Source: an uncultured Gemmatimonadales bacterium
GTDB taxonomy: Bacteria; Gemmatimonadota; Gemmatimonadetes; Gemmatimonadales; GWC2-71-9
Length of the DNA: 64,000 bases
Reading direction: 5' to 3'
Assembly: GCA_963771275.1 (NCBI GenBank)
Contig: CAVYSW010000003.1
Span: forward strand, 1,536,001 to 1,600,000
Every line of letters starts with the position of its first letter. Position 1 is the first letter of the stretch. Made by a program: the position numbers and the translations under genes. The notes beneath the pieces are model-generated. The model was not told the origin of the DNA. It was given only the letters and a program-made list of their open reading frames with translations, and ran no database searches. Below are positions 1 through 9,706 of this stretch, one piece after another.

Positions 1-621
1 GTCGGATTCCCGACCCGGCAGCGGGTGCGGGGGTTCTCGTTCGGCGACAAGGAGCTGGTGGTGCAGCTCGAAAGGAGTGAGGTCGGCATCGCGTATGACG
101 AGCCGGTGGTCGCCGTGTTCTGTCGCCCGCGCGAGCAGCCGCCGGACCTGGCGGCGGCGGCGCGCCCCCGGCGGACGAGCCAGATCCTCACGTACCGGGA
201 CTCGCTGCTCGAGGCCGCGCCCGGCGGCGCCGCGCTGACGCCCGGCGAAGAGGGCGTGCCGTATCTGGATCTGTTCGTCGCCAACGGGGGCGGCGCCCGA
301 CGGTTCACGGTGATTCAGAACGCCGTGAACTTCTCGGGTCTCGGGCGGGTACAGCCCCGCGCGGCCACCAACATGGAGGCCCTGGTCGGCAGCTGCGCCG
401 ACCGGTTGGCCCGGGCGACGTTCGACCGGCGGCTGGTCGGCATGCGGCTGCGCCACCGGGGCAACGCGCGCCCAGCCGGGTCCGAGCACCGGCGCGGGTT
501 CTCGTACGCGAGTCCGGGGCTGCATGCGCTCCTCGCGGCGGTGGGGCGGCCCATCGAGGCCATCTCCCAGCCGGAGCTCGCGACGCGGCTGGCGTTCCTC
601 ACGCTCAGCGGCGAAGGCTGA
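1..621 (+). CDS. Hypothetical protein, probably 5'-truncated by the window edge
   Basis: Frame is open from position 1 to TGA at 619-621 with GC3-rich codons. No family motif recognised. Confidence 0.65.
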   Translation, partial: VGFPTRQRVRGFSFGDKELVVQLERSEVGIAYDEPVVAVFCRPREQPPDLAAAARPRRTSQILTYRDSLLEAAPGGAALTPGEEGVPYLDLFVANGGGARRFTVIQNAVNFSGLGRVQPRAATNMEALVGSCADRLARATFDRRLVGMRLRHRGNARPAGSEHRRGFSYASPGLHALLAAVGRPIEAISQPELATRLAFLTLSGEG

Positions 622-652
622 ACGACGGGCGCGGCCCAACCGCGCCTTCCCC

Positions 653-1168
653 ATGGACGAGACCGTCATCCTGGTTGACGAGCGGGACCGCGAGCGCGGC
701 GCCGCCTCGAAGCTCGCCGTGCACCGTACCGGGGAGCTGCACCGCGCGTTTTCGGCGTTCGTGTTCGATGCCACGGGCCGGCTGCTGCTGCAGCAACGCG
801 CCGGCGGCAAGTACCACAGCGGCGGACTCTGGACCAACACCTGTTGCGGGCACCCGCGCCCCGGAGAAGACATCGTCGACGCCGCCGAGCGGCGCCTGTC
901 GGAGGAGATGGGGTTCGGCGCCGCGCTGCGCCACGTTGGAGCCTTCACCTACCGAGCGGAGGTGGGTGCCGGCCTGGTGGAGCACGAGTTCGATCACGTC
1001 CTGGTGGGGGCGTTCGACGGCGAGCCGGTCCCGGCGCCCGCCGAGGTGGATGCGTGGCGCTGGCTCGCCCCCCAGGCGGCGCTCGCGGAGTGCGCGGCGC
1101 ACCCCGCGCGCTTCACCCCGTGGTTCGCCCGGGCCCTGCGCGTCGCGTTGACGGACCTGGCGGGCTGA
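653..1168 (+). CDS. idi: Isopentenyl-diphosphate delta-isomerase, type 1 (Nudix fold)
   Basis: Motifs VILVDE, KLAVH..GELHRAFS, LLLQQRA..KYH, WTNTCCGHP, RRLSEEMG, EHEFDHV, FTPWF. ATG at 653. Confidence 0.95.
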   Translation: MDETVILVDERDRERGAASKLAVHRTGELHRAFSAFVFDATGRLLLQQRAGGKYHSGGLWTNTCCGHPRPGEDIVDAAERRLSEEMGFGAALRHVGAFTYRAEVGAGLVEHEFDHVLVGAFDGEPVPAPAEVDAWRWLAPQAALAECAAHPARFTPWFARALRVALTDLAG

Positions 1169-1195
1169 GCGCCGCACGTCCGAAGGAGGTCGTCC

Positions 1196-1474
1196 ATGAA
1201 GGCGGTTGCGGAAGTCCAGGTCATTCCGATCGGGTCGGGGGTTTCGGTGCGCCGCGAGGTGCGGCGGGCGCACGAGCTGCTCCGGGAGGCGGGTCTGACG
1301 GTCGAGCTGCACGCCTCCGGCACCAACGTCGAGGGCGAGATGGCACAGATCCTGGACGCCGTGCGCCGAGTGCATGAAACCCTGCACGCCGAGGGCACCG
1401 TGCGGCTGGCCACGTTCCTCAAGCTCGGGACGCGCACCGACAAGACGCCGACGCTGGCCGCCAAGCTGTTCTAG
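1196..1474 (+). CDS. MTH1187/YkoF family thiamine-binding protein
   Basis: 92 aa with AEVQVIPIG, GTNVEGE, RVHE, RTDK. RBS AAGGAGG upstream. Confidence 0.85.
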   Translation: MKAVAEVQVIPIGSGVSVRREVRRAHELLREAGLTVELHASGTNVEGEMAQILDAVRRVHETLHAEGTVRLATFLKLGTRTDKTPTLAAKLF

Positions 1475-1583
1475 GGGCGCCTCGCCCCCACCTTGCGCGC
1501 CCGAGCTGGGTAGCATCTCTTCATGCCGCTGGTCGGGCGGTTCCTGATCCTACGCTGACGGCTGCCGTGCCGTGGAGGTGCCC

Positions 1584-2555
1584 ATGCGGTTCGCGCTGGC
1601 GTTCGTGGTGCTGGTCGCGGCGACTTCGTCGCTCGCGGCGCAGGTCAATCCCTTCAAGTCCGGCGGGCGGTCGGTGAAATCGGCGGTGATTGCCTACACC
1701 GTGTCCGGCGCGATGAACGGCACGGAGGAGCTGGCGCTCGACGGCGACCGCATGGCGCGGCGCGGCGCGACGAGCATGAAGGTGTTCGGCAAGACCGTGA
1801 CGTCGGAGACGCTGATGCTCACGACCCGCGACTCCGTCTACAGCGTCGATCTGACGAAGAAGACGGGGTTCGCGATGCCGAATTACAGTCCGCTCCTCGC
1901 CGCCGAGTACGACCGCCTGTCGGGCAAGCAGAAGAAGCAGCTGCAGCAGAACCTGGAGCTCGCGGCCCAGACGCTGGGGCAGGCGTTCGGCCTGGGCAGC
2001 ATCGCCCAGGCGAATCAGGCCGCCGGGCAGGAAACGGTCGCGGGTCAGACGTGCGACGTCCGGACGTTCGGCGACTGGTCGGTGTGCGCCTTGACGTCGG
2101 ATCCGAGCATTACGCTCAAGACGTCGGGGCAGATCATGTGCATGGAGATGAACACCGTCGCCACGTCCGCGACGATCGACCAGGGCGCCCCGGCGGACAG
2201 GTTCGCGATGCCCGCGGGCGTCGCGTGGACGCCGCCCGACACCAGCCTCAGCCGCGATCCCAAGGCCACGGCCAAGGAGATGCTCCAGATGCTCTCGAGC
2301 GAGGAGTTCCGGGACTCCCTGCTTGCCGCCCGGAAGGACATGCAGGCGGCCGAGGACAGCGCCGGGGTGAAGCAGATGACCCCCGAGGAGCGGGAACAGG
2401 CGTGTGCACAGCTGCGGGAGGCGTACCACGTCGACCTCGGTGCCGCCTTCACGCGCGCGCTCGGCAACGTGGCCCGGAACGCCGCGAAATCGGCCGCGGA
2501 GAATGCGCTGACGGGGGCGGCCAACTCGCTCCGGCGGCGGATCAGGATTCCGTAG
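1584..2555 (+). CDS. Secreted hypothetical protein (DUF4412-like)
   Basis: Signal peptide MRFALAFVVLVAATSSLAA-Q, GGAGG RBS, and a G.ETVAGQTCDV motif typical of DUF4412-like proteins. Confidence 0.65.
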   Translation: MRFALAFVVLVAATSSLAAQVNPFKSGGRSVKSAVIAYTVSGAMNGTEELALDGDRMARRGATSMKVFGKTVTSETLMLTTRDSVYSVDLTKKTGFAMPNYSPLLAAEYDRLSGKQKKQLQQNLELAAQTLGQAFGLGSIAQANQAAGQETVAGQTCDVRTFGDWSVCALTSDPSITLKTSGQIMCMEMNTVATSATIDQGAPADRFAMPAGVAWTPPDTSLSRDPKATAKEMLQMLSSEEFRDSLLAARKDMQAAEDSAGVKQMTPEEREQACAQLREAYHVDLGAAFTRALGNVARNAAKSAAENALTGAANSLRRRIRIP

Positions 2556-4494
2556 CGCCGACCTCGTCCAGGTGCAGCACCACGGTGGCCCGCGCGACGT
2601 GCGCGGGCCACCGCAGCACCCGCGCCAGACCCTGCCGCGTTTCATCGAAGCCGCTCTCCGATTGCGCCACGGTGCTGATCGGATAGGTCCACGACTCCGC
2701 CGCCGGATCGCTTTCGACGCGCAGCTCCCGGGTGAGACTCAGCTCGGTCGCGAACCAGGCGTGGTCCGGGAAGGCGCTGGGCGCCCACTCGTAGTCCACG
2801 CGCAGCGTCCCGTTGACGGAAAACCGCAGGCGCTTGACCTCCAGGCCGCCCCCCTCCGCGGGGGTGCAGGTGATGGTCACGCCCTCGCCGTCCGCCACCA
2901 CCGCGTGGTTGAACGGCCTCCCGCCCCACGACGCGACGGGATCGGCGGTGCCGTTGGCGAGCGCGTCCGCGGTGACGTCCGGCGCGAGCACGCGGTCCAC
3001 GAAGAGCGCCCGGAGGTCCCGATCCGTGGGCGGCAGACCCTGGTCGCTGAGCCCGCGCGCGCCGTCGTGACGGCCGGCATTGTCCCCGGCACCGTCATGG
3101 CCACCCGCGTTGGCGCCGGCGGTTGCGTGATACGGCTCCCGGCGGCGGGTGAGCACGTCCGCGTAGTTGTGCCGCATCCGGAGGCAGGTGTACTCCTCGA
3201 CCGTGGCGCCGCGCCGCGGGCTCACCAGCGCCGAGAACGCCGGCGAGTGCAGCCACAGCTCGAAGTGTCCGTCGCAATCGAAATCCAGCGTCTCCGCGCG
3301 CAGCCCTTCGGTGGCGCGCAGCAGGCTCTCCGCGGCGGCGAGCTCATGCCAGATCGCGGCGCGCAGGTGCGGCAGGTACAGGCCGCCGAAGACGCCGTGC
3401 CAGTACGCGTCGTTGCACTGCCCGCGCGCCACATGGTGGCGTGCCGCCGCGGGCGCGCCGCGCTCGCGGCACAGGCCCGACAGGCGCACCATCTTCTTGT
3501 GCATCCGGTTGGACTCGGGGTACTTCGCCAGGAAGTTCCGCCAGTGGGCGCCCCGCACCAGCGCCCCCTCGGGGCCGCCGAGCCGCGCCTCGCCGAGCTC
3601 GGCTTCGAGGTGGCGCAGGTGCCGGGCGGCTTCCGGCCACAGCGCCCAGCCCTCCATCTCGCGATACGACGCCGTCGGCAGGTAGGCGAGGCCGCCGCTG
3701 GCCACCTCGCGCAGCACCTGGCCCGGCGTCGCCAGCACCACCTCTCCCCGCCCGCGCAGATCGGTCAGCATGTCGCCGAACTCGCGCAGCCAGCCGCGGT
3801 CGTACACCCATTCCCGGGTCCCCGGCCAGCCGCCGAATTTCTCCCCGTCGTCGGCGAAGATCGCGAGGCGGTGCCCGTGCTGGCGCAGCGCTTCGAAGTA
3901 CGCGGCCGTGTCCGCCGCCGGGCGGAACGGAATCAGATACCGCAGTCGCTCGTCGATCGGGAGGAGCGCGATACTGCGGCCGTCGCTCTCCGTGCGGAAC
4001 GGCGCGTGCAGCTGGTCCCGCTCGAATCCGCTGACGAGGAAGTGGCGATCGTCCACCAGCACCGACTCGACCCCGGCATCGACCAGGTCGGTCGCGAGCT
4101 CGGGCTCCCAGATGCGCTCCGTGAGCCAGAGCGCGCGCGCCTCCACGCCGAACAGACGCCGGAGCGTGTCCCGCATCGCCGCGATCTGGTCCACGCGATC
4201 CCGGCGCGGGATCGAGGCGAGGATCGGCTCGTACAGCCCGGCGAGCAACAGCTCGAGTCGGCCGGCGGCGGCGAGGTGCCCCACGAGGTCGAGATAGCGC
4301 CGGTCGTGATGCTCGAGCCACTCGAGCAGGGGCCCCGACACGTGGAGCGCCACGGGGAGGAGGTCCCGCTCCGCCAGTGCCTGGAGAAACGGCAGGTAGA
4401 CTTCGTCGACGTGGCGCGCGAACACATGGTCGAAATTGCCCACCGGCTGATGCAGGTGGAGGCCGAACAGGAAGCGGATGGGGTGTGTGGTCAG
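2542..4494 (-). CDS. GH57 alpha-amylase/4-alpha-glucanotransferase (DUF1925/DUF1926 type)
   Basis: HLHQPVGNF, WLTERIWEP, DDGEKFG.WP, SYREM..W, QCNDAYWHGVFGGLYLPHLR. Probable CTG start overlapping the upstream TGA. Confidence 0.9.
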   Translation of the reverse strand: MTTHPIRFLFGLHLHQPVGNFDHVFARHVDEVYLPFLQALAERDLLPVALHVSGPLLEWLEHHDRRYLDLVGHLAAAGRLELLLAGLYEPILASIPRRDRVDQIAAMRDTLRRLFGVEARALWLTERIWEPELATDLVDAGVESVLVDDRHFLVSGFERDQLHAPFRTESDGRSIALLPIDERLRYLIPFRPAADTAAYFEALRQHGHRLAIFADDGEKFGGWPGTREWVYDRGWLREFGDMLTDLRGRGEVVLATPGQVLREVASGGLAYLPTASYREMEGWALWPEAARHLRHLEAELGEARLGGPEGALVRGAHWRNFLAKYPESNRMHKKMVRLSGLCRERGAPAAARHHVARGQCNDAYWHGVFGGLYLPHLRAAIWHELAAAESLLRATEGLRAETLDFDCDGHFELWLHSPAFSALVSPRRGATVEEYTCLRMRHNYADVLTRRREPYHATAGANAGGHDGAGDNAGRHDGARGLSDQGLPPTDRDLRALFVDRVLAPDVTADALANGTADPVASWGGRPFNHAVVADGEGVTITCTPAEGGGLEVKRLRFSVNGTLRVDYEWAPSAFPDHAWFATELSLTRELRVESDPAAESWTYPISTVAQSESGFDETRQGLARVLRWPAHVARATVVLHLDEVGATES

Positions 4495-6494
4495 ACGAAC
4501 CCCAGCGGGCGCGCCAGCGCAGCCAGCGCCGCGCCTTCGGCCGGATCGAGGCGCTGCCGGATGGCGTGAAACGCGGTCTGCACGTCGAACGGCACCGGGG
4601 CGTCGAGCAAGGAGAACAAATCGAGCAGATCGAGCACCTGGGCCGTGGCCATGGGTGACCGATCCTCCGCCAGCCCGACCACGGCGCGGAGCAGCGCCCC
4701 GGGGGCCACGTCCGCGAGCGGCACCCCGCGGCAGAGCGCCGCATCCTCCGCGTCGGAGAACCAGAGATCGCGGATGTCGCGGAGCAGCTCGTCGGCCACA
4801 ACCTGTCGGGCCCGCTCCGGCAGATCGGCGGGGGTGATCTCCCACGCGTCGGCGCCGCCCCCGCCCGTCACCGAGACGCGCAGCCGGCCGGGTCGCGGGC
4901 GATCGACGTGCACCTGGAAGGCGTCCGTCCGTCCGGTGCGCCGCTGCCGCACGACGACGCCGTCCTCGCGCAAGTCCGCCAGGAAGCCGACCGGTACGAC
5001 GCTCCCGGGATCGGCGTTGGCCGCGCGCGCCATCGCGACGCCGGCGGCGACGCGTGCGGCGGGCGGCGTGGCGGGCCGGGCGAACCGGTCGTAGACGTCG
5101 CGCCCCGATCCGATCGCGGGATCGTTGCCGGGCGCGGTGGCCAGGCGCTCGCGCAGGGCGGCCTCCAGCGTCGCCCCGCCGGGGCCCGCCAGCTCGATCG
5201 CCCGCGCGGCGTACCGCAGGATCTGCCGGGTCTCGATGCCGCCGACGTCGTCGAAGAACCAGCCACAGGAGGTGAACATGCCGAGCGCGTGCCGCTCCAT
5301 CTCGAGCAGCTCCGCGGCGCGCCGCCGCCCCGCCGCGTCCGTCGTCCGCCCGTGCGCGGCCAGGAACTCGTCGAGCGGGCGGGCGCCGACCAGCACGGCC
5401 CCGTAGCCGTCGCGGGCCGCCCACACGTCGTGGAGCACGGCCGCGCCCTCGGCGGCGAACACCGCGTGCAACGCGGCGGCCAGCGATTCGAGCGCCGCGC
5501 GAAGCGGGGCGCGCCAGCGCTGCTGCCAGCCGCGCTCGGGGTGCATCCGGCAGCCGCAGTCGCTGCGCCAGCGCTCGACGCCGTGCGGACAGCTCCACGA
5601 GCTCGGGGCCTTGAGCGCGACGTCGTGCGTCGCCGGGTGGCGGGCGAGATAGGCCGCGAAGTTGTCGACCGCGAGTCCCGGACGCCGCGTCACCCCGTCG
5701 AGAAACGCGGCCAGAGCCATCTCGCCAAAGCGGTGATGGTGGCCGTAGGTCTCGCCGTCCGTCGCGACCGCGACGAGTGCGTCGTTCGCGTGTCCCGCCA
5801 CGGCATCGACCCACGCGGCGGCGTCGCGAATGAGCGGGCCGAACGCCACCTCGTGCGACAGCGCGCCGTCGTACACGAACAGCGTGATGCTGCGGCCGGC
5901 GCTCGTGCGATACCGCCCCGGCAGGCCGTGGGGAGGCGGCGTCACGACCTGATGCGGCGCCAGGACGGTGAACGTGATGCCCTCGGCGGCCAGGACGTCC
6001 AGCGTCTCGTCGTCCACGGCCGTCTCCGGCAGCCACATGCCCTCGGGGGCGCGACCAAAGCGGCGCCGGAAGTCGGCGATCCCCCAGCGGACCTCGGTTT
6101 CCTTGTCGCGCCGGGAACTGAGCGGGAGAATCACGTGGTGCAGCGGCGCCGCGATCGCGTTGCCGTGGCCGTCGTGCGCCGCCGCGCTGGCCCGATCCGC
6201 GTCGAGCATGGCGCGGTACGTGCTCGGGGCCGCCTCCTCCAGCCAGTCGAGCAGCGTGGGGCCCACGTCGAAGCTCACCGCCTCGAGCGTGTTGACGATC
6301 CGGGCGATTCGCCCCTCGGCGCCCGGGCGCCGCGCCGCGACCACCGCCCGGTAGCATTCCTCCTCGATCCGCACGTTCCAGTCGTGGTGCGGCGCCGCGC
6401 CGGGCTCGACGGGCACCTCCTCCAGCCACGGGTCCTCCCGTGGGGGCTGGTAGAAATGGGCATGCACGACGACGGAGCGGGGATCGGCGCTCAT
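4491..6494 (-). CDS. GH57 family protein, DUF3536 type
   Basis: HAHFYQPPREDPW, WLPETAVD, ATDGETYGHH, SWSCPHGVERW..DCGC, MFTSCGWFFDD. ATGA overlap with the upstream gene. Confidence 0.92.
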   Translation of the reverse strand: MSADPRSVVVHAHFYQPPREDPWLEEVPVEPGAAPHHDWNVRIEEECYRAVVAARRPGAEGRIARIVNTLEAVSFDVGPTLLDWLEEAAPSTYRAMLDADRASAAAHDGHGNAIAAPLHHVILPLSSRRDKETEVRWGIADFRRRFGRAPEGMWLPETAVDDETLDVLAAEGITFTVLAPHQVVTPPPHGLPGRYRTSAGRSITLFVYDGALSHEVAFGPLIRDAAAWVDAVAGHANDALVAVATDGETYGHHHRFGEMALAAFLDGVTRRPGLAVDNFAAYLARHPATHDVALKAPSSWSCPHGVERWRSDCGCRMHPERGWQQRWRAPLRAALESLAAALHAVFAAEGAAVLHDVWAARDGYGAVLVGARPLDEFLAAHGRTTDAAGRRRAAELLEMERHALGMFTSCGWFFDDVGGIETRQILRYAARAIELAGPGGATLEAALRERLATAPGNDPAIGSGRDVYDRFARPATPPAARVAAGVAMARAANADPGSVVPVGFLADLREDGVVVRQRRTGRTDAFQVHVDRPRPGRLRVSVTGGGGADAWEITPADLPERARQVVADELLRDIRDLWFSDAEDAALCRGVPLADVAPGALLRAVVGLAEDRSPMATAQVLDLLDLFSLLDAPVPFDVQTAFHAIRQRLDPAEGAALAALARPLGFV

Positions 6495-8176
6495 CGTGTG
6501 GCGGGCATCGCGAGGACCCCGGACACGGCATCGAGAACCGCCGGGAACAACGCGTCGCGCCACATCAACTCGGCCGCGCGTCGACCGGCCGCGTCGCGCT
6601 GGGCATCCCGCGCCGCGGGGCTCAGCGCGGCGACCAGCGCCTCGGCATCGTCGCAGTGCAGGCGGAAACGCTGCTCCGCGTAGTCCGCCACGGCCCCCGT
6701 CGACATGATGAACTGCCAGTCGGACGATTGGGCCAGCAATAGCGACCGGGCGGCTTGGGCCAGCAGCGGCCGGGCCCATTCGTTGGTCAGCGCGTCGGCC
6801 GCCGCGGCCCAGAAGGCGCCTTCCAGCCGCCAGAGGCGCTCCCAGGTCCAGCGCGTGCCGTCGTTCATCCACATGTGGTGGTCGCCGTGCGCACCCCACG
6901 ACCCCTCGGCCAGACGGATGCGCGCCGGACTGCGCGCGTCAAGCTGGCCCGACGCGGTGGCCGCCCGCACGCCGGCCAGCGACCCCAGCCGGCGGTACAG
7001 CGCGCCGACGAAGTGCACCCCTTCGAACCACCAGTGGCCGAACAGCTCGGTGTCGAACGGGGCCACGACCACCTCGCCGTCTGCCGCCTGCGCGCGCGCG
7101 ATGTCCGAGAGCAGCCCCGCGAAGTGCCCGGCATGCACGTCGGCGCGTCCCTGCGCCTCGGCCGGATCGTACGGCTGCTTGCCGCCCAGATCGACATCGG
7201 GCCCGGTCACGCGCCACAGCTTGAGCCCGCCCGGCCAGCGGATCTTGTGAAACTCGAGGTACGCCCCGTCGCCCGGGTATCCCAGGTGCCGGCTCCACAC
7301 CTGCATCGAGGAGCGGGGGTCGCGGATCAGCGCCCACAGGGGTTGCGCCCCGTCGAGCGACACGACGTACGGGCGGTACGGCGAGCGGCTCACCGGGTCG
7401 TGGCGGGCCGACGCGACGTCGTGACGCTCGAGGTCGAACCGCTCGGCGCCGAGCGGGACGTCGGGGTACGTGCCGAGCGCCTCGCCGGCCGCGGCAAGGT
7501 GCGCGTCCGCAAAGAAGTAGCGGAAGCCGGCCTCGGCGAGGTGCTCGTCGGTGCCGGCGCGTTCCGGGGCCGGATCGCCGCCCCCTGCGCGCCACGGCCC
7601 GCGACTGCGGTAGGCGCACTCCGGGAGCCAGCAGCCGCGCGGCGACCGCCCGAACAGGCGACGATGCTCCGCGTACCCGACGCGCAGCTGGAGCCGGATG
7701 CTCTCGTCCCGACCGAGCAGCGGCAGGTAGCCGTGCGTCGCCGCCGAGCCGATGATCTCCAGGCGCCCGGCGTCCTGCAGCCGGCAGAGCTCGCCCACGA
7801 GGTCGCCGTTGAGCGCGTCGAACAGCCGCCACAGACGTTCGAGCCGCTCGCGCCAGAAGCCGGCGAGCGGGATGAGCGCCTGGTCGCCGGTCGCGGCCAG
7901 GTCGTCCGGTGCGCGGGTGGCGTGCGCGAGCCGTTCGCGGAGGAACTCCTCCATCTCGTGCAGGAACGAGGGGTGCGTGAGCTGGTTCGCCAGCACCGGT
8001 GTCACGCCGAGCGTGATCGGTGCCGCGACCCCGTCCCGCTCGAGGCGGCGCAGCTCCTCGATCAACGGCAGATAGGTGTCGAGCGCCGCCTCGCAGAGCC
8101 AGTCGCTACCGTGGGGCCAGCGGCCGTAATGCAGCACCCACGGCAAGTGGCTGTGCAGCGCGAGGACGAAGTCCAT
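6491..8176 (-). CDS. GH57 1,4-alpha-glucan branching enzyme (DUF1957)
   Basis: LHSHLPWV, ATHGYLPL, WLPECAY, YLEFHK, PFDTELFGHWWFEG, LLAQSSDWQF. Confidence 0.93.
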   Translation of the reverse strand: MDFVLALHSHLPWVLHYGRWPHGSDWLCEAALDTYLPLIEELRRLERDGVAAPITLGVTPVLANQLTHPSFLHEMEEFLRERLAHATRAPDDLAATGDQALIPLAGFWRERLERLWRLFDALNGDLVGELCRLQDAGRLEIIGSAATHGYLPLLGRDESIRLQLRVGYAEHRRLFGRSPRGCWLPECAYRSRGPWRAGGGDPAPERAGTDEHLAEAGFRYFFADAHLAAAGEALGTYPDVPLGAERFDLERHDVASARHDPVSRSPYRPYVVSLDGAQPLWALIRDPRSSMQVWSRHLGYPGDGAYLEFHKIRWPGGLKLWRVTGPDVDLGGKQPYDPAEAQGRADVHAGHFAGLLSDIARAQAADGEVVVAPFDTELFGHWWFEGVHFVGALYRRLGSLAGVRAATASGQLDARSPARIRLAEGSWGAHGDHHMWMNDGTRWTWERLWRLEGAFWAAAADALTNEWARPLLAQAARSLLLAQSSDWQFIMSTGAVADYAEQRFRLHCDDAEALVAALSPAARDAQRDAAGRRAAELMWRDALFPAVLDAVSGVLAMPATR

Positions 8177-8181
8177 CGTCG

Positions 8182-9690
8182 TCAGCGCCCGTCGTTCCGC
8201 GCGGCGTGAGCCTGCGCGTACGCGGCCTGGTACTTCTCGGCCGACGGGCCCCAACTGTGGTCCAGTCCCATCGCCACCTCGACCTTGTCCTCCCAGTCGT
8301 CGCAGTCGTGGTAGCACTCGATCGCGCGGCGCAGCGCCACGTCGAGCGCCGCGGGCGTGTAGGCGTCAAACATGAACCCGCTCACGTCGTCGGTCACGGT
8401 GTCACGCAGACCGCCCACGCTGCGCACCACGGGCAGCGCCCCGTAGCGCTGAGCCCGCATCTGGGTGAGGCCGCACGGTTCGTACTGCGACGGCATCAGC
8501 AGGAGGTCCGCCCCGGCGAGCAGCCGGTGCTCCGCCTGCTCGCTGAACATCCGGGGGACCGCCATCCGATCGGGCGCGCGCGCGGCGAGGGCGGCGAGCG
8601 CCTCCTCGTAGCGCCGTTCCCCGGTGCCGAGAAAGATGCACTGGACGTCGTCGGCGATCAGCGCGTCGCTGCCGAGGATGAGGTCGAGGCCCTTCTGCTC
8701 CACGAGCCGGGCGCTCATCGCGAGCAGGGGCACGCGCTTGCGCTGGCGCAGCTTGTACGACCGCTGCACGGCCGCCTTGCAGCGCGCCTTGGGGGTCCGG
8801 TCGTCCGGGCCGAAGTGCACCGTGATGTACGGGTCGGTGGCCGGGTTCCAGAAGACGTCGTCGATGCCGTTGAGGATGCCGGTGAACCGATCGCCGAGCG
8901 CCGTGAACTGCTCCTGCAGTCCGAAGCCGCCCGCCGGCGTGCGCAGCTCCTCGGCGTGCGTCGGGCTCACGGTCGTCGCCATGTCGCACAGGGCGAGCCC
9001 GCCCTTCAGCACGTTCACGTGCCCGTACCACTCCATCAGGCGCCAGTCGTACATGCTGGCCGGCAGGCCGACGTCCGCCAGCATGCCGAACGGGAAGTGG
9101 CCCTGGAAGCCGGCATTGTGGCACGATACCACGGTCCCGATCCGGTCGTAGCTCTCCAGGCCCGCGTAGGTGTGGCGCAGGTAGACGATCGAGAGCGCGG
9201 TGTGCCAGTCGTGCGCGTGCAGCACGCCGGTATCAGGCGCGATCCGCGGCAGCGCCTCCAGCACGGCGCGCGAGAAGAACGCGAAGCGGCGGGCGTTGTC
9301 CGGGTAGTCGCTCCCCTCGCCGTAGATCTCGGGCCGGTCGAAATAGCCGGGGTGGTCGACGAACAGCACCTCGGGCGAGGCCTCGCCTCCGGTTGCCCGA
9401 TACAGCCGGGCCTCCTCCCACCGGTCGCCGATGGTGAAGCCGAACGGTTCACCGACCGGCGCGAGGGCCGTGTCGCGCTGGCGGACCTGGCGGTGCAACG
9501 GCAGGATCACCGTCACCGGCAGGCCCGCCGCCACCTGGTACTCGGCCAGGCCCCGCACGGCCTCCGCCAGCCCCCCGGTACGGGCAAACGGCCAGTACTC
9601 GGCCGCGATGTGGACGATCCGCGCGCCGCCCGGCAGCGGCCGTAGCGCGCGCGTCAAGGTGCGGGCTCGGTGGGCACGTCGGGTCCCCAT
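8182..9690 (-). CDS. glgA: Glycogen/starch synthase (GT5)
   Basis: E..PFARTGGLAE, HAHDWHT, HNAGFQG, TVSPTHAEE, RLVEQKG, MPSQYEPCGLTQM. GGAGG RBS before ATG 9690. Confidence 0.93.
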   Translation of the reverse strand: MGTRRAHRARTLTRALRPLPGGARIVHIAAEYWPFARTGGLAEAVRGLAEYQVAAGLPVTVILPLHRQVRQRDTALAPVGEPFGFTIGDRWEEARLYRATGGEASPEVLFVDHPGYFDRPEIYGEGSDYPDNARRFAFFSRAVLEALPRIAPDTGVLHAHDWHTALSIVYLRHTYAGLESYDRIGTVVSCHNAGFQGHFPFGMLADVGLPASMYDWRLMEWYGHVNVLKGGLALCDMATTVSPTHAEELRTPAGGFGLQEQFTALGDRFTGILNGIDDVFWNPATDPYITVHFGPDDRTPKARCKAAVQRSYKLRQRKRVPLLAMSARLVEQKGLDLILGSDALIADDVQCIFLGTGERRYEEALAALAARAPDRMAVPRMFSEQAEHRLLAGADLLLMPSQYEPCGLTQMRAQRYGALPVVRSVGGLRDTVTDDVSGFMFDAYTPAALDVALRRAIECYHDCDDWEDKVEVAMGLDHSWGPSAEKYQAAYAQAHAARNDGR

Positions 9691-9706
9691 ATCCACCTCC
9701 TCGGTG

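Noticed and set aside
2542..6531. 1329-aa ORF suggesting a giant GH57 fusion
   Set aside because: The first ~680 aa are an R/G/A-rich shadow frame over the DUF3536 gene. Homology starts only at 4494.
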